Below are positions 51,835-61,316 of a stretch of DNA of 64,000 bases, one piece after another (the first letter of the stretch is position 1; every line of letters begins with the position of its first letter). Origin of the DNA: a virus. A program made the position numbers and the translations under genes. The stretch lies in the IMG/VR virus record IMGVR_UViG_3300028840_004908, one strand, 5' to 3'. The notes under the pieces were generated by a model. That model did not search any database, was not told the DNA's origin, and saw only the letters and a program-made list of their open reading frames with translations.

Positions 51835-52144
51835 TCACCAAATGCTCCAAATGATAATCACAAAGCACATGCATTACCTCTGGCCTCAAGCTGGTTGGCC
51901 ATTTGAACACAGTGCAATCTTTGACTTCACATTTCTTACAAACCGTTTTGTTGAGTTCAAATTTTGGAAACATGTTTTGCATAGCTATCAAATGCTCCAA
52001 ATGATAATCACACTCTTTCACATTAGGTGGCCCATATGTGTCGTCCCCGCAGGGCGACCGGCCAAAATGAAACCAACGATGAATCATCTCGCTTGAATCA
52101 TCATCGCAGTCTCGGCATTTTCTACAAACTTTCATGCTCAGCAT
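51818..52144 (-). CDS. tandem fusion of two Cys4 mini-protein units
   Basis: MLSMKVCRKC...CDYHLEHLIAMQ then ...KTVCKKC...CDYHLEHLVSG in one ORF. Confidence 0.5.
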   Translation of the reverse strand: MLSMKVCRKCRDCDDDSSEMIHRWFHFGRSPCGDDTYGPPNVKECDYHLEHLIAMQNMFPKFELNKTVCKKCEVKDCTVFKWPTSLRPEVMHVLCDYHLEHLVSGNVK

Positions 52145-52419
52145 TTTTGTCTTTTCATCAGATGCTCAAGGAGATAAGGGCAATTCTTTGGCGGCTTCTT
52201 TTTGTATTCATACCACCCGCCCGCAGCATCGCACCGCACTGACTTCCACTTGCGCCAGATTTCTTCGTCCAGTCCGCGCCAACCCGGAGGCAGCATATGT
52301 TCGCTTTTCTCAACACATTGCATACAAATCTCTTTATTCAGCATCCTGCGTATCCAACAAATGTTCCAAAGGAAACGGGCATTCAGGCGGTGGATTACCT
52401 TGAATACTGACTCCTGCAT
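52138..52419 (-). CDS. Cys4 mini-protein family member
   Basis: internal MLNKEICMQC...CPYLLEHLMKRQ. Confidence 0.55.
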   Translation of the reverse strand: MQESVFKVIHRLNARFLWNICWIRRMLNKEICMQCVEKSEHMLPPGWRGLDEEIWRKWKSVRCDAAGGWYEYKKKPPKNCPYLLEHLMKRQKC

Positions 52420-52564
52420 CCCCTATCCAACGGTGTATTGCGGCTCGGCAATTGACGCTTCCGTGTTTCCAGTTGAATTCGTCATATTCGACGTTCCAAT
52501 GTCGCAATATTTCCTTTTCAGCATTGAAACATCTTTTACAGACTTCTTTACTCAGCATTTTCAA
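52334..52564 (-). CDS. Cys4 mini-protein family member
   Basis: MKMLSKEVCKRC...CPFPLEHLLDTQDAE. Confidence 0.55.
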   Translation of the reverse strand: MKMLSKEVCKRCFNAEKEILRHWNVEYDEFNWKHGSVNCRAAIHRWIGDAGVSIQGNPPPECPFPLEHLLDTQDAE

Positions 52565-53439
52565 AACCTATAAGCTTGTCCTTCGCGAGCAAACCCCGCA
52601 AAGTCTGTGATGTCTTGTTCTTTCCAATTATCCGCGTAATGTATGAGCATCATCTTGCTCTTGTACTTTCCCGGCAACGTTTTGATATCAGCCAACGGAG
52701 CGTGTACGGCTCCCGGAAAGAACTGCACATCATGAAACATCGCTTCTGACCTGTCGCCATACATCTCGACGAGTTCCGGGTCAAAACGTGTATCGCCTGA
52801 AATGAAAATGCGGTCATCAATAAACAGCCCGTAGCTGATGAATGACTCTTCCCACGAGCCAGATTGTTCTGGAATATGTTTCGTGCGGAAAAGCTCAATC
52901 TTGAGTTTTGTACCAAGACCCGTGTCCATCTCAACCTCAAAAATCTCGCGTGGTTGCTTCTTCTTCCACGTTGGACGAATGACGTCGAAGAAGTCGGTGA
53001 AGTCCAACTTCTGACCGGAATTATCATCCATCTCGTTCCACTCAAGACCACCGCGTAGCGTTTGATCCCAAAGCGTGTTCTGATACGCTTCAGTGACAAT
53101 CATACGTAGCTTGCGCTTCTTCAGATGCCTGCGGCCAACGTAACGATTCATCAACGCAAGACATTCAATACCCCCAACGTGGTCTGCGTGCGAATGAGTT
53201 GGCAACAGCAATTCAATGTCAGAAGGGTCAAGGAAAGCAGATTCTCGCAACGCCCGAGGGCCAGTCATCCCAAAATCAACGAGGATATGCCTGTTGCCTT
53301 TGACGATGATAAAGTTGGTTTGGTGCATCGTCTTTGCAAAAGCAGCTCCCACGCCTATGAAACAGATGTCCAAGTCGCCTTTGTTAGACAATGGAAACCT
53401 TTTCATGCCAATGTCCGTAGCGTCCATTCTATCAGTCAT
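52561..53439 (-). CDS. metallo-beta-lactamase-fold hydrolase
   Basis: HxHxDH motif LLPTHSHADHVGG. 292 aa. Confidence 0.75.
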   Translation of the reverse strand: MTDRMDATDIGMKRFPLSNKGDLDICFIGVGAAFAKTMHQTNFIIVKGNRHILVDFGMTGPRALRESAFLDPSDIELLLPTHSHADHVGGIECLALMNRYVGRRHLKKRKLRMIVTEAYQNTLWDQTLRGGLEWNEMDDNSGQKLDFTDFFDVIRPTWKKKQPREIFEVEMDTGLGTKLKIELFRTKHIPEQSGSWEESFISYGLFIDDRIFISGDTRFDPELVEMYGDRSEAMFHDVQFFPGAVHAPLADIKTLPGKYKSKMMLIHYADNWKEQDITDFAGFAREGQAYRF

Positions 53440-53623
53440 TTTGAGTCTCCATCAAGTGTTCCAAAAGGAAGCTACACTTAACAGCATCGAATCTCCAAGG
53501 CCAAAGCGCATGATACAAACGCCTCAAGTATGACGCGCTGTATTTCTTCTCACAATGCGGGCATAACCAAAAACCGCATACTTGCTTTTCAGATTCACAA
53601 TCGCAAAAATAACATCTATCCAT
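53432..53623 (-). CDS. Cys4 mini-protein family member (divergent N-terminus)
   Basis: MDRCYFCDC...CSFLLEHLMETQND. Confidence 0.45.
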   Translation of the reverse strand: MDRCYFCDCESEKQVCGFWLCPHCEKKYSASYLRRLYHALWPWRFDAVKCSFLLEHLMETQND

Positions 53624-53834
53624 TTTGTTTGCTCAACAAATGTTCGAGAACAAATGGACACCACTTTGGCGGGTTTGTAAACGGCTCATCATATTCCATG
53701 TAATAAGAAGTTGAAGAATCTTCAACACAAATCACTCCTGAAAATGGCCGCACTTTCAAACTGCGCTTACATTTGCTGTAACAAATCAACAAGTCCAAAT
53801 CAAGATGAACTTGTTTTGGTATTTGATACGTCAT
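53616..53834 (-). CDS. Cys4 mini-protein family member (divergent N-terminus)
   Basis: ...CYSKCKRS...CPFVLEHLLSKQ. Confidence 0.45.
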   Translation of the reverse strand: MTYQIPKQVHLDLDLLICYSKCKRSLKVRPFSGVICVEDSSTSYYMEYDEPFTNPPKWCPFVLEHLLSKQNG

Positions 53835-54163
53835 TTCTTTCTCTCAGCCAAAAGCTTTTGAACAAACCGTTTTGAAAGCACGCAATGTTTTGGCGGTTCC
53901 CAATTGGTCAAATGATTACAAGCCGGACATCCGTAAGGGATTCCAAGCAACATTGGATTCCAAATAAGTATAAAGAGCAAGCTTTCCTTTGTAGCTTTTG
54001 TTTGCGGTTTTATTACTGTCTTTTCCGCAAAACAATTCTTACATGCTTCCGCGCAATAGGCTTTGCGCCTGATTTCGCATTCGTCATAATGTTTTTGAAG
54101 GTCGTGAAACTTCTCTTTGCAATAATGACACTCGTGTTGTTTCCAAGGGTCGTACATTACCAT
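53831..54163 (-). CDS. Cys/His-rich zinc-finger protein (non-family)
   Basis: HECHYCKEKFHDLQKHYDECE...CAEACKNC...CPACNH. Confidence 0.4.
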   Translation of the reverse strand: MVMYDPWKQHECHYCKEKFHDLQKHYDECEIRRKAYCAEACKNCFAEKTVIKPQTKATKESLLFILIWNPMLLGIPYGCPACNHLTNWEPPKHCVLSKRFVQKLLAERKK

Positions 54164-54468
54164 TCTGCTTCCATTGGTGGTATATTCTCAATTGGCAACT
54201 TGGGGTCATAATGCCCTGTAGCTATAATATGCTCCATAGCATAAACGCAATGCTCTGGTGGATTTCCTTCAATGCTAAATTTCCCTGCAATGGGCTTGTA
54301 TCCTTCTGGGTCATCTTTGTGGCGACACGGACACTTGACCGCACTCTCTTTCTTCCAATATTTTTCAGCATCATGATGTCGAGGAAATCTGACTCCCCTG
54401 ATCCACGACACTTCCCAAATATAACCTTGCCGTTCGTAACAGCGTTTACAGATGTCTTTGCTCAGCAT
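54157..54468 (-). CDS. Cys4 mini-protein family member
   Basis: MLSKDICKRC...CVYAMEHIIATG. Confidence 0.5.
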   Translation of the reverse strand: MLSKDICKRCYERQGYIWEVSWIRGVRFPRHHDAEKYWKKESAVKCPCRHKDDPEGYKPIAGKFSIEGNPPEHCVYAMEHIIATGHYDPKLPIENIPPMEAEW

Positions 54469-54691
54469 CTCTTTTCTCTTTCAGCATCAACAATTCAAGA
54501 GCATATGGACAATGCTTTTCAAACACCGGACACGAAATGGCAATTTCCATGCCTCCACGATGAAGTTTGAACACATTTTTACAGCTTCCGCAAATCTTTC
54601 TATCAATTTTGTCATGATCCATCTTGCATTTCCAAAACATGTTCCAAAGAAAACGGGCACCATTCCGGTGGCGGCTCGTTTGTCCGCGCAA
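54446..54691 (-). CDS. Cys4 mini-protein family member (divergent)
   Basis: ...KICGSC...CPYALELLMLKE. Confidence 0.45.
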   Translation of the reverse strand: MRGQTSRHRNGARFLWNMFWKCKMDHDKIDRKICGSCKNVFKLHRGGMEIAISCPVFEKHCPYALELLMLKEKRDAEQRHL

Positions 54692-54848
54692 TATGTAGTG
54701 GCAACGTTTCTCTTGAAAGACACATTATTCTTTGACTTGTGCGCCACGGTGGACCATCGTCTCTTGGAACCATCAAATTGTTTTGTGCGCTTTCCCAAGG
54801 CCAATCGTAATATTCGTAACACTTCTGACATATCTTTTTACTCAGCAT
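54612..54848 (-). CDS. Cys4 mini-protein family member
   Basis: MLSKKICQKC...CPFSLEHVLEMQ. Confidence 0.55.
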   Translation of the reverse strand: MLSKKICQKCYEYYDWPWESAQNNLMVPRDDGPPWRTSQRIMCLSRETLPLHIARTNEPPPEWCPFSLEHVLEMQDGS

Positions 54849-55158
54849 TTTTCTTACTCATAAATTGCTCAAGGAAAAACGGACAATCACGCGGAATAGT
54901 ATCCAAGTCAGCAACGTAGCAATGCATCCAGCAATTGTAAGTCATTTTCGTTTCTTCACACTTCTTGCAAATTTCTATATTCCGCTCAGCGCTTTCAAAA
55001 AAATCTTTGTTTGACCATTCAAGACAACTTCCGCCGACCCTCGTCCAGTCAGTATGTTTTATATAGTTTCTTGCAATAGCGCAAGTTGGAAACATGTCAC
55101 ATGTTGCACAGCAGCGTTTCATTGCGTTTCCATAATATGTTCCAAAGTAAAAGGACAA
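54838..55158 (-). CDS. Cys4 mini-protein family member (divergent N-terminus)
   Basis: ...CCATC...CPFFLEQFMSKKNAE. Confidence 0.45.
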   Translation of the reverse strand: MSFYFGTYYGNAMKRCCATCDMFPTCAIARNYIKHTDWTRVGGSCLEWSNKDFFESAERNIEICKKCEETKMTYNCWMHCYVADLDTIPRDCPFFLEQFMSKKNAE

Positions 55159-55316
55159 TTCTCCGGCGGTTCCTCTTTTATGCTTATATTATCAGGGCGT
55201 CCTTCGTGGCCTATCAGACAAATTACTTCGCAAAATTTCTTCCAATTCTTTTCATCATATTTGTCCCATTTGTCTTCTGAATTTATGCACTTTTTACAAA
55301 TCTCCTTGCTTAACAT
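55119..55316 (-). CDS. Cys4 mini-protein family member
   Basis: MLSKEICKKC...CPFTLEHIMETQ. Confidence 0.55.
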   Translation of the reverse strand: MLSKEICKKCINSEDKWDKYDEKNWKKFCEVICLIGHEGRPDNISIKEEPPENCPFTLEHIMETQ

Positions 55317-55585
55317 CTTTGAGCTTCCATCAAATGTTCAAGAGCAAAAGGACACCAATCTGGAGCTGGCCCTTTTACATTTGTTCCAAAATAATTTTCA
55401 AGCGTTCTCCTTTGGGGCATACAATGAACCGTTTCATGCTTCCTCCAACACATGTCGTCATAGTCGAACCAATCATCCCCTTGACATTGTATGCAAATCT
55501 TTCTACTTAACATCTTGCAATTCCAACAAGTGTTCGAGAACAAACGGACAAAACTCAGGCGGTCCTTCAGAAATATCATTTGCAT
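55310..55585 (-). CDS. Cys4 mini-protein family member
   Basis: internal MLSRKICIQC...CPFALEHLMEAQ. Confidence 0.55.
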   Translation of the reverse strand: MQMIFLKDRLSFVRLFSNTCWNCKMLSRKICIQCQGDDWFDYDDMCWRKHETVHCMPQRRTLENYFGTNVKGPAPDWCPFALEHLMEAQRC

Positions 55586-55721
55586 GAGGGTCGTCTGGCC
55601 TTAAGGTCGCAGGACAAACTATTTTCCCTTCCTTGTTCCAAGCCCTTTCAATGTCTTCATACCACGCCCAGCCATATTGTTTGCGGCAACCTTTGCAAAC
55701 CTTTTTGCTCAATTGTCTCAC
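55503..55721 (-). CDS. Cys4 mini-protein family member
   Basis: MRQLSKKVCKGC...CPFVLEHLLELQ. Confidence 0.55.
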   Translation of the reverse strand: MRQLSKKVCKGCRKQYGWAWYEDIERAWNKEGKIVCPATLRPDDPHANDISEGPPEFCPFVLEHLLELQDVK

Positions 55722-55960
55722 AACAAATCCTTCCGCGAACCATGTGTATACATTGCAGCAATAGCAAACGCAACCATTACCATTGCTTGTACTTTGATTT
55801 CAGCAAAAGCTTCTGCTCTGGTCGTTTCCAACATATCAAGGCTGTTTGGAATCATGAATAGGTAGAAAATAATCTTCAAAGCGCTGATAGCGAGAATGAT
55901 CACGCAGAAAAGCTCAAGGAAAATCAAAACCTTTTCAATAGTTTCTCTTTGTACTTTCAT
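55718..55960 (-). CDS. small two-helix membrane protein
   Basis: VLIFLELFCVIILAISALKIIFYLFMI and AMVMVAFAIAAMY hydrophobic segments. 80 aa. Confidence 0.4.
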   Translation of the reverse strand: MKVQRETIEKVLIFLELFCVIILAISALKIIFYLFMIPNSLDMLETTRAEAFAEIKVQAMVMVAFAIAAMYTHGSRKDLL

Positions 55961-56541
55961 ACCTTGAAACCTTTCCCCAAAAAGTAACTCAGCATTCTGC
56001 CGCTCAATACACAGCCTTTCTCTCTGGCTGCTTTCAAAAACTTTTCTACGTCTATTACGATGTGAACCTCAATGCGTTCGCCAAGATCAAGGTCTTGTTT
56101 GGGCGCTTTCCGGTTCGCATAAAACTTTTCGTCAATTGTGACCAACGTCGTATAAACCTGCTCTCCGCTCATCCCCGGAGAACTGAACGAAGGTGGAGAA
56201 ACATGGTCAACAACCCCTTCATAACCTGTTTCCTCTTTGAGTTCTCTCAACGCGGCTTGTTCAATCGTTTCGCCCTTATCGATCAACCCCGCAGGAAATT
56301 CAATCACACTTCCAAGAGCAGGTGGGCGAAATTGCTGTACCAAAAGGTAATGGCCAGACGGCTGAAATTGAGAAATGACGTTCACCGCCTTGACTTGGTT
56401 CTTTCTATCAGCGCTTTCCCACTCCCGCTGTTTTTCACCGTCGTGATATTTCAACCGCTTCAAAACAAGATGATCGCCTTGTCCAATAATTTCTTCACTT
56501 TCCATTTTCATCGCAAACCTCTTCATCGTTTTCCTCCACAA
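55957..56541 (-). CDS. Nudix hydrolase (ADP-ribose pyrophosphatase-like)
   Basis: canonical Nudix box GLIDKGETIEQAALRELKEETGYEG. The start is probably the internal MKRFAMKMESEE. Confidence 0.75.
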   Translation of the reverse strand: MWRKTMKRFAMKMESEEIIGQGDHLVLKRLKYHDGEKQREWESADRKNQVKAVNVISQFQPSGHYLLVQQFRPPALGSVIEFPAGLIDKGETIEQAALRELKEETGYEGVVDHVSPPSFSSPGMSGEQVYTTLVTIDEKFYANRKAPKQDLDLGERIEVHIVIDVEKFLKAAREKGCVLSGRMLSYFLGKGFKV

Positions 56542-56689
56542 TAGGAACGTCCCGCCATTGGATTTCTTGCTTTATGAATCTTCCTTGTATGGCGTAAGCC
56601 TGTTGCAATACAATCTTTCCATCCTTGACCAACCAGCGCAACTGATTGGTTGCTGAGTAGACAGGCATCACGTTCTCCCGATACGTTTC

Positions 56690-56712
56690 CTTGTTAAATT
56701 ATACAATTTCGA
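56690..56712 (-). promoter_or_regulatory. class II promoter element (TTGTATAAT), copy 4 (short)
   Basis: minus strand GGCGTCGAAATTGTATAATTTAACAAG. A sub-60-aa ORF MPVYSATNQLRW... (about 56497..56652) follows. Confidence 0.4.
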
Positions 56713-56775
56713 CGCCCAAATTTTGCTGAAATTCAATTGGTTTTGTCTTTTAATTTAGGCCGGAAGGCATGATGT

Positions 56776-57333
56776 TCATGAATACATTTCCCCCGCAAGA
56801 CATTCGCGGATGAAATTCTTATCGTACTTCGAAAGGTAGCCACGAAATTCTCCGTGGTGAAATTTCAAATTCGGAGCATGCTGTTTAGCGAGAAAATATC
56901 CCAGCCGTTCAGCCGTTCTCTCGTAAAGAAAGTTTTCTTCAAACGACGTCTTTTTTGGATACTGTCCGGTCACAACTCGAATATTCGTCTGAACGAGATG
57001 AGCAAGCTCATGAAAATACGTTGATACGAGCGAACGTATCTTCCAAGGCTTTCCATGAAGTTTGATCCTTGCCTCGTCCGTGATGATAATGATCGTCCCC
57101 GTTCTTGGATCAAGCTCCGCTGATCCATTCAGTCGCGTTTTCTTTCGTAGCTGAAACTTTCCTCGGTATAGGAATGTCAACCAACTCATTTGCTTATGCC
57201 AAAGAGCAGGAAAGCAACGAATGTATCTTGATTTCTTTTTCTTGAGGTCGCTTTTGTAGAAAAACGTATTGGTTCCAACGATATGTGTCTTTAGTAATTC
57301 CAAATCAGCCCAATGTGGTAATTTTCTTACCAT
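56776..57333 (-). CDS. putative zinc metalloprotease (HExxH, SprT/DUF45-like)
   Basis: YFHELAHLVQ HExxH motif. 185 aa. Confidence 0.45.
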   Translation of the reverse strand: MVRKLPHWADLELLKTHIVGTNTFFYKSDLKKKKSRYIRCFPALWHKQMSWLTFLYRGKFQLRKKTRLNGSAELDPRTGTIIIITDEARIKLHGKPWKIRSLVSTYFHELAHLVQTNIRVVTGQYPKKTSFEENFLYERTAERLGYFLAKQHAPNLKFHHGEFRGYLSKYDKNFIRECLAGEMYS

Positions 57334-57650
57334 GAACCCTTCTTATCGGAAATTCTCGCAAGACTCCTGAGTATATCCGTCATAGGCTGACAGTTTGCTT
57401 TCTTGGCTACAATATCAGCAATCTTGTTCCAACCAGACGACGTTGTACCTGCCGCAATTCCCATCATCTCATTTAACTTTTTGATTTCAGCAAGAGCGTT
57501 ATGCAACGCGACAACGTCAGATTTAATTCGCCGTTTGAGCCTCAAATTCTCGTCAACAAGCTTTCCAATTTCTTTGTGGAGCATCTTGATGCGACTTTCC
57601 CGTTCGGAAAGCTTCTCTTCAATCTCATCAATTATATCTTGCTGTTTCAT
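57327..57650 (-). CDS. coiled-coil hypothetical protein
   Basis: MKQQDIIDEIEEKLSERESRIKMLHKEIGKLVDENLRLKRRIK heptad-like sequence. Confidence 0.45.
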   Translation of the reverse strand: MKQQDIIDEIEEKLSERESRIKMLHKEIGKLVDENLRLKRRIKSDVVALHNALAEIKKLNEMMGIAAGTTSSGWNKIADIVAKKANCQPMTDILRSLARISDKKGSW

Positions 57651-58333
57651 TTTGAACTCCCAGCAAGCCAGCGTTCATAAACCGTAAGCAAGTTAATATA
57701 ATCTACACTGGGCGCGCCAATTCTGACATAACTCGTCGCCTTCTTAACGGCATCCGTTACGTTCAAACTTTCTGTCTTCATCAAATATCCAGCGTGTAAC
57801 GCGCCAGTTCTATCAGCACCAGACATGCAATGAAAAGCGACAGCCGTCTTTTTCTTGTTTTGAAACAACTCAATTAGATAGTCAACACAACCCGAAAAGT
57901 TCCAACCGTCTGGCGCAACGGCGTTGTGCGCTTCCGTTTTGTCTGATGGGTTGTGAACTCCGGTCAAAGGCCACCAGACAAAAGAACCGTCGTGCTCTTT
58001 TCCTTCAACTTTGAATTGTGTTCCGTAAAACGTTTTTGGGTTCCAAATTTTTGAATAACTCCACGGTGGGAATTTATCGCTCGGGAAATGGTCATCAATC
58101 CATTGCTTTGAAATTCCAAAAGACTGAAACTCAGTTTTCCAAACAAAACGTTCACCAGTATCTTCGAGCAAGCAGAAATCAACGAATGTATATTTTGTCA
58201 AGTCAGTTTTAAGAATGGTTTGAAGTTCATCCAAAGCAATTGCGCTATCTTCTATCAAATTGGGGCACCGCATGAGCAAATTGGTTTTGTTCTGAGCAAT
58301 GATCGCAGTATTGTTGGATGTGATATTACTCAT
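57647..58333 (-). CDS. Cys-based protein-tyrosine/dual-specificity phosphatase family protein
   Basis: CX5R P-loop VAFHCMSGADRTGALHAGYLM. 228 aa. Confidence 0.7.
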   Translation of the reverse strand: MSNITSNNTAIIAQNKTNLLMRCPNLIEDSAIALDELQTILKTDLTKYTFVDFCLLEDTGERFVWKTEFQSFGISKQWIDDHFPSDKFPPWSYSKIWNPKTFYGTQFKVEGKEHDGSFVWWPLTGVHNPSDKTEAHNAVAPDGWNFSGCVDYLIELFQNKKKTAVAFHCMSGADRTGALHAGYLMKTESLNVTDAVKKATSYVRIGAPSVDYINLLTVYERWLAGSSK

Positions 58334-58559
58334 TGTTGTTCCTTCATTAAATGCTCAAGATGAAAAGGGCACCATTCTGGCGGTGGTTCCTCAACGCCTG
58401 TTGAACCGCCCCAGCAAGTAACGTGATGCCACTCGGGGTCAATCCATTTTTCCTCATCTGATTCCTTCCAATCATGAGTTCCCGGACCGCACGCTTTATG
58501 CTCTTCATTGCACTTTCTTTGAATATAAGTACCATGGCAATGAATACAAATTTCTTTGC

Positions 58560-58841
58560 TTAAAATTGGTCGTACTCCTTGTTGTTCTGAGTTTCAATAA
58601 GATGTTCCAAACCAAAGCGACATTCCTCTGGCGGTTCGTCTAAAAACCGAGCAGAACCCCAAAGCCTTGTAAATGCGGCATGACACAAGACGCCCTTGCC
58701 TTTGGAAAACCCGCAATAATGCTTACATTTGATACAGACTTTTCTGCTAAGCACTTTGCTTCCTTGATCGTTTTGCCTTTGTCTTTTCGGGAGAAACGTT
58801 CCATCTACAACTACATTCTGTACAAAAGAAATCAATATCAT
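58560..58841 (-). CDS. Cys4 mini-protein family member
   Basis: ...VCIKC...CRFGLEHLIETQ. The next member (about 58341..58560) lacks an ATG (ILSK...CPFHLEHLMKEQQ). Confidence 0.5.
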   Translation of the reverse strand: MILISFVQNVVVDGTFLPKRQRQNDQGSKVLSRKVCIKCKHYCGFSKGKGVLCHAAFTRLWGSARFLDEPPEECRFGLEHLIETQNNKEYDQF

Positions 58842-58971
58842 CTTCGTGAACAGTAAAACCGCAATCCTTACTTCCGCACTCAGGACATTTGCTATGCTTC
58901 TTTTGCTTCTTCTTGCTCATGAATTTTCTGATCCCATGAGCGACGATTTTTCTTTCGAGTTTCATTTTCAT
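58747..58971 (-). CDS. zinc-ribbon protein (non-family)
   Basis: CPECGSKDCGF...CTECSCRW. Confidence 0.4.
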   Translation of the reverse strand: MKMKLERKIVAHGIRKFMSKKKQKKHSKCPECGSKDCGFTVHEDDIDFFCTECSCRWNVSPEKTKAKRSRKQSA

Positions 58972-59251
58972 CTCCTTGCAAATCCATCATGTGTTCAAGC
59001 CGATATTGACACCAAAGCGGAAACTGTTTTTGCCTCAGCTGTTCTCTGACGATGTACGACCAATAATCGTCATGCGTTACGCAGGGCGCGTCAATTGCTT
59101 TTTCATTACGCCAGCACTTCTCGCTATCGCTATTCCAATCAACGATGAATTTTCTTCTGTCCATACATGATTTACAAACACGTTTACTCAGCATCAAACT
59201 TAACCTTTTCAACTTTGACGCCTTCAAGCTCAACGGATAAATTTGTACCAT
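58892..59251 (-). CDS. Cys4 mini-protein family member with C-terminal acidic extension
   Basis: internal MLSKRVCKSC...CQYRLEHMMDLQ...EEAKEA. Confidence 0.55.
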   Translation of the reverse strand: MVQIYPLSLKASKLKRLSLMLSKRVCKSCMDRRKFIVDWNSDSEKCWRNEKAIDAPCVTHDDYWSYIVREQLRQKQFPLWCQYRLEHMMDLQGDENETRKKNRRSWDQKIHEQEEAKEA

Positions 59252-59768
59252 AAGTCAATAAGTTAAATTTCGCAGCCGCTATTTTTCCCCTTACGCGTAC
59301 TTTGTCTCCGCGTTTGAGGCTCAAAGCTACAGTTTTATCCTGAACAAAAACGCTCCAGACAGACAGATTCAAGTTGGGCAACACTTCCACAGAATCAATG
59401 TTGAGCTTGTATTTCCCGTTCCTATCTTCAACGTCGAAAAGAACAAACGTTCCATCCAGTTGTTTACCAACAGCGGTCTCTACTATGCCTGCGCTATTCC
59501 CTTTGGCGCTTGTAATTGTCTTGAAATCCAAAACGCTCAAAACGGAAAGGTCCGGTTCGATAATTTTCCCCCGAGACTTTTTGAATTCCTCTTTGGCTTC
59601 CTTTTTGATTTTCTTGACTTCTTCAGCAGAAACTGTTTCAACTGGTTTCCACCCAAGCTTCTTTCTTTCTTGTTTTGCAGCATATTCTGCAATAATATTA
59701 ACTATCTGAGCAAGCGCCATAAGAACGATTAAGACAATAATGACAAGAAGGGCTTTCCCCGAATTCAT
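59184..59768 (-). CDS. membrane-anchored hypothetical protein
   Basis: N-terminal TM ALLVIIVLIVLMALAQIVNII. Probable exported beta-rich domain. Confidence 0.45.
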   Translation of the reverse strand: MNSGKALLVIIVLIVLMALAQIVNIIAEYAAKQERKKLGWKPVETVSAEEVKKIKKEAKEEFKKSRGKIIEPDLSVLSVLDFKTITSAKGNSAGIVETAVGKQLDGTFVLFDVEDRNGKYKLNIDSVEVLPNLNLSVWSVFVQDKTVALSLKRGDKVRVRGKIAAAKFNLLTYGTNLSVELEGVKVEKVKFDAE

Positions 59769-59980
59769 TTTTTCTCCTTTTGTGTATCAACTACATGTTC
59801 AAGCTCAAACGGGCAATGGGGCGGGACTTCTGAATACTTGAACAAAACCCGATTCAAACGCACCCGACCAAAATCAGCAAGCTCCTGATTCGCTTTACAT
59901 TCCCAACGAGGATGTGTGAGAAATCCAAAAGGCCGGTCCTTGTAACTTTTACAACGTTTGCAAATCTCTAAGCTCAACAT
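59765..59980 (-). CDS. Cys4 mini-protein family member
   Basis: MLSLEICKRC...CPFELEHVVDTQ. Confidence 0.55.
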   Translation of the reverse strand: MLSLEICKRCKSYKDRPFGFLTHPRWECKANQELADFGRVRLNRVLFKYSEVPPHCPFELEHVVDTQKEKK

Positions 59981-60137
59981 TTATTCGCTCATCAGCCGTT
60001 CCAAATACTCTTCCTCTTCATCGCATCATTTAAGCAAATTTTTTCTGACTTTCTTAGCCACCACTACATGTTCCAGTCCAGTACGGATGACTTTGATGAC
60101 CTCGTCAAGACTTTCTTCAGGCATGGCAAGAATTTCA

Positions 60138-60347
60138 TTAGCCATCTTGCATCTCCAAAAGATGTTCCAAATCGTAAGGACACCCTTCTGGGGTAGGATT
60201 TGTATAGCAAATATCGTCTGTACTTGTTTGGGGTGGTGTGATGATCATGTATGCACTTTTATCACATTTCAGCAGCCAATGAATTGGACCATAAAAGACC
60301 GCTGACTTGCAATGCCTACATTGTTCACAAACCCTCTTGCTCAGCAT
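60138..60347 (-). CDS. Cys4 mini-protein family member
   Basis: MLSKRVCEQC...CPYDLEHLLEMQ. Confidence 0.55.
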   Translation of the reverse strand: MLSKRVCEQCRHCKSAVFYGPIHWLLKCDKSAYMIITPPQTSTDDICYTNPTPEGCPYDLEHLLEMQDG

Positions 60348-60546
60348 CAGGTATCACCGCCTTCACCAATTGTCTATAAGGCGAATATCCTTCTGGACGA
60401 ATGTTTTTGCATATTTGCTTTGCGGTAATTTTCTCTTTTGGTTGGATACAACTGGAACAATACTCTATGATTGTACTTTCTGGGAAGGCTCTCTCAAGTT
60501 GAACCGGCTTGCCGCAACGTTTACATTCAAAATCATGTTTTAACAT
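60325..60546 (-). CDS. zinc-ribbon protein (non-family)
   Basis: CKRCGKP...CSSC. Confidence 0.4.
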   Translation of the reverse strand: MLKHDFECKRCGKPVQLERAFPESTIIEYCSSCIQPKEKITAKQICKNIRPEGYSPYRQLVKAVIPDAEQEGL

Positions 60547-60548
60547 TT

Positions 60549-60782
60549 CTATTTCCCTTTTGAGTTTTCGTCTTGCTCCTTGAAATGCTTTTCCATTGAA
60601 TCAAGGAACGTCTTAAACGGTTTTCCAACCTTGTTGTTGATTGCTTTCCCGATGTCAGTCTTTGTTTCTTTCGTCATCATCGTATAGCCACAACACTTTG
60701 GCCAACCGTTGACAAGACATTCTTCAAACACCACAGCTTTCTCATTGCCGCATTCTTTGCATTGAACTGTCGTGTCATTCAT
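60549..60782 (-). CDS. zinc-ribbon protein (non-family)
   Basis: CKECGNE...CCGYTM. Confidence 0.4.
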   Translation of the reverse strand: MNDTTVQCKECGNEKAVVFEECLVNGWPKCCGYTMMTKETKTDIGKAINNKVGKPFKTFLDSMEKHFKEQDENSKGK

Positions 60783-61065
60783 TTTGCAAATCCAATAATT
60801 GCTCCAAGCGGAAAGGACATTTCGCAGGCGGTGAATACCGCGTGAAAACTATCTTGTCTTTGTAACGGCTGCATTGAACCGAAATTTCACAATTGGAACA
60901 CCAGTAGCTAACTTTTTTCCAATCTCCAAAACAACGCGGGGCATCTTCCGGCATGCCCATAAATTTGCATTTCACACGACCTTCGCCCCAAAGTTTATCA
61001 TCATGATGGTTCCAATAATGATGGTATACCTTATGACACTGATAACAAATACGTTTGCTCAGCAC
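60775..61065 (-). CDS. Cys4 mini-protein family member
   Basis: MLSKRICYQC...CPFRLEQLLDLQ. Confidence 0.55.
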   Translation of the reverse strand: MLSKRICYQCHKVYHHYWNHHDDKLWGEGRVKCKFMGMPEDAPRCFGDWKKVSYWCSNCEISVQCSRYKDKIVFTRYSPPAKCPFRLEQLLDLQNE

Positions 61066-61295
61066 AGAGAATCCCTGTTAGCTCGTTTAGCAAAAACAAC
61101 TTCAAAAGTTATTCGTCGTCGTCTTCAGCTTCTTCGCCAGAACACAATTTCCAACACTGACAGTCATCACCCCGACAGAGCAATGACGTCCATTTGTCTT
61201 CTGGAATACCTTGTTTTGCAACAAGACCAGCGGTCAAGATAGGACACATCTTCCGTTGCTCGTCAGCCATTACATTCCTCCTTTAGAAAAATAGA

Positions 61296-61316
61296 TTGCT
61301 AAATTATACAATCTCA
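61296..61316 (-). promoter_or_regulatory. class II promoter element (TTGTATAAT), copy 5 (short)
   Basis: minus strand GAGATTGTATAATTTAGCAATC. Followed by AAAGGAGGAATGTA SD and a 53-aa acidic ORF starting at ATG 61268-61270. Confidence 0.4.
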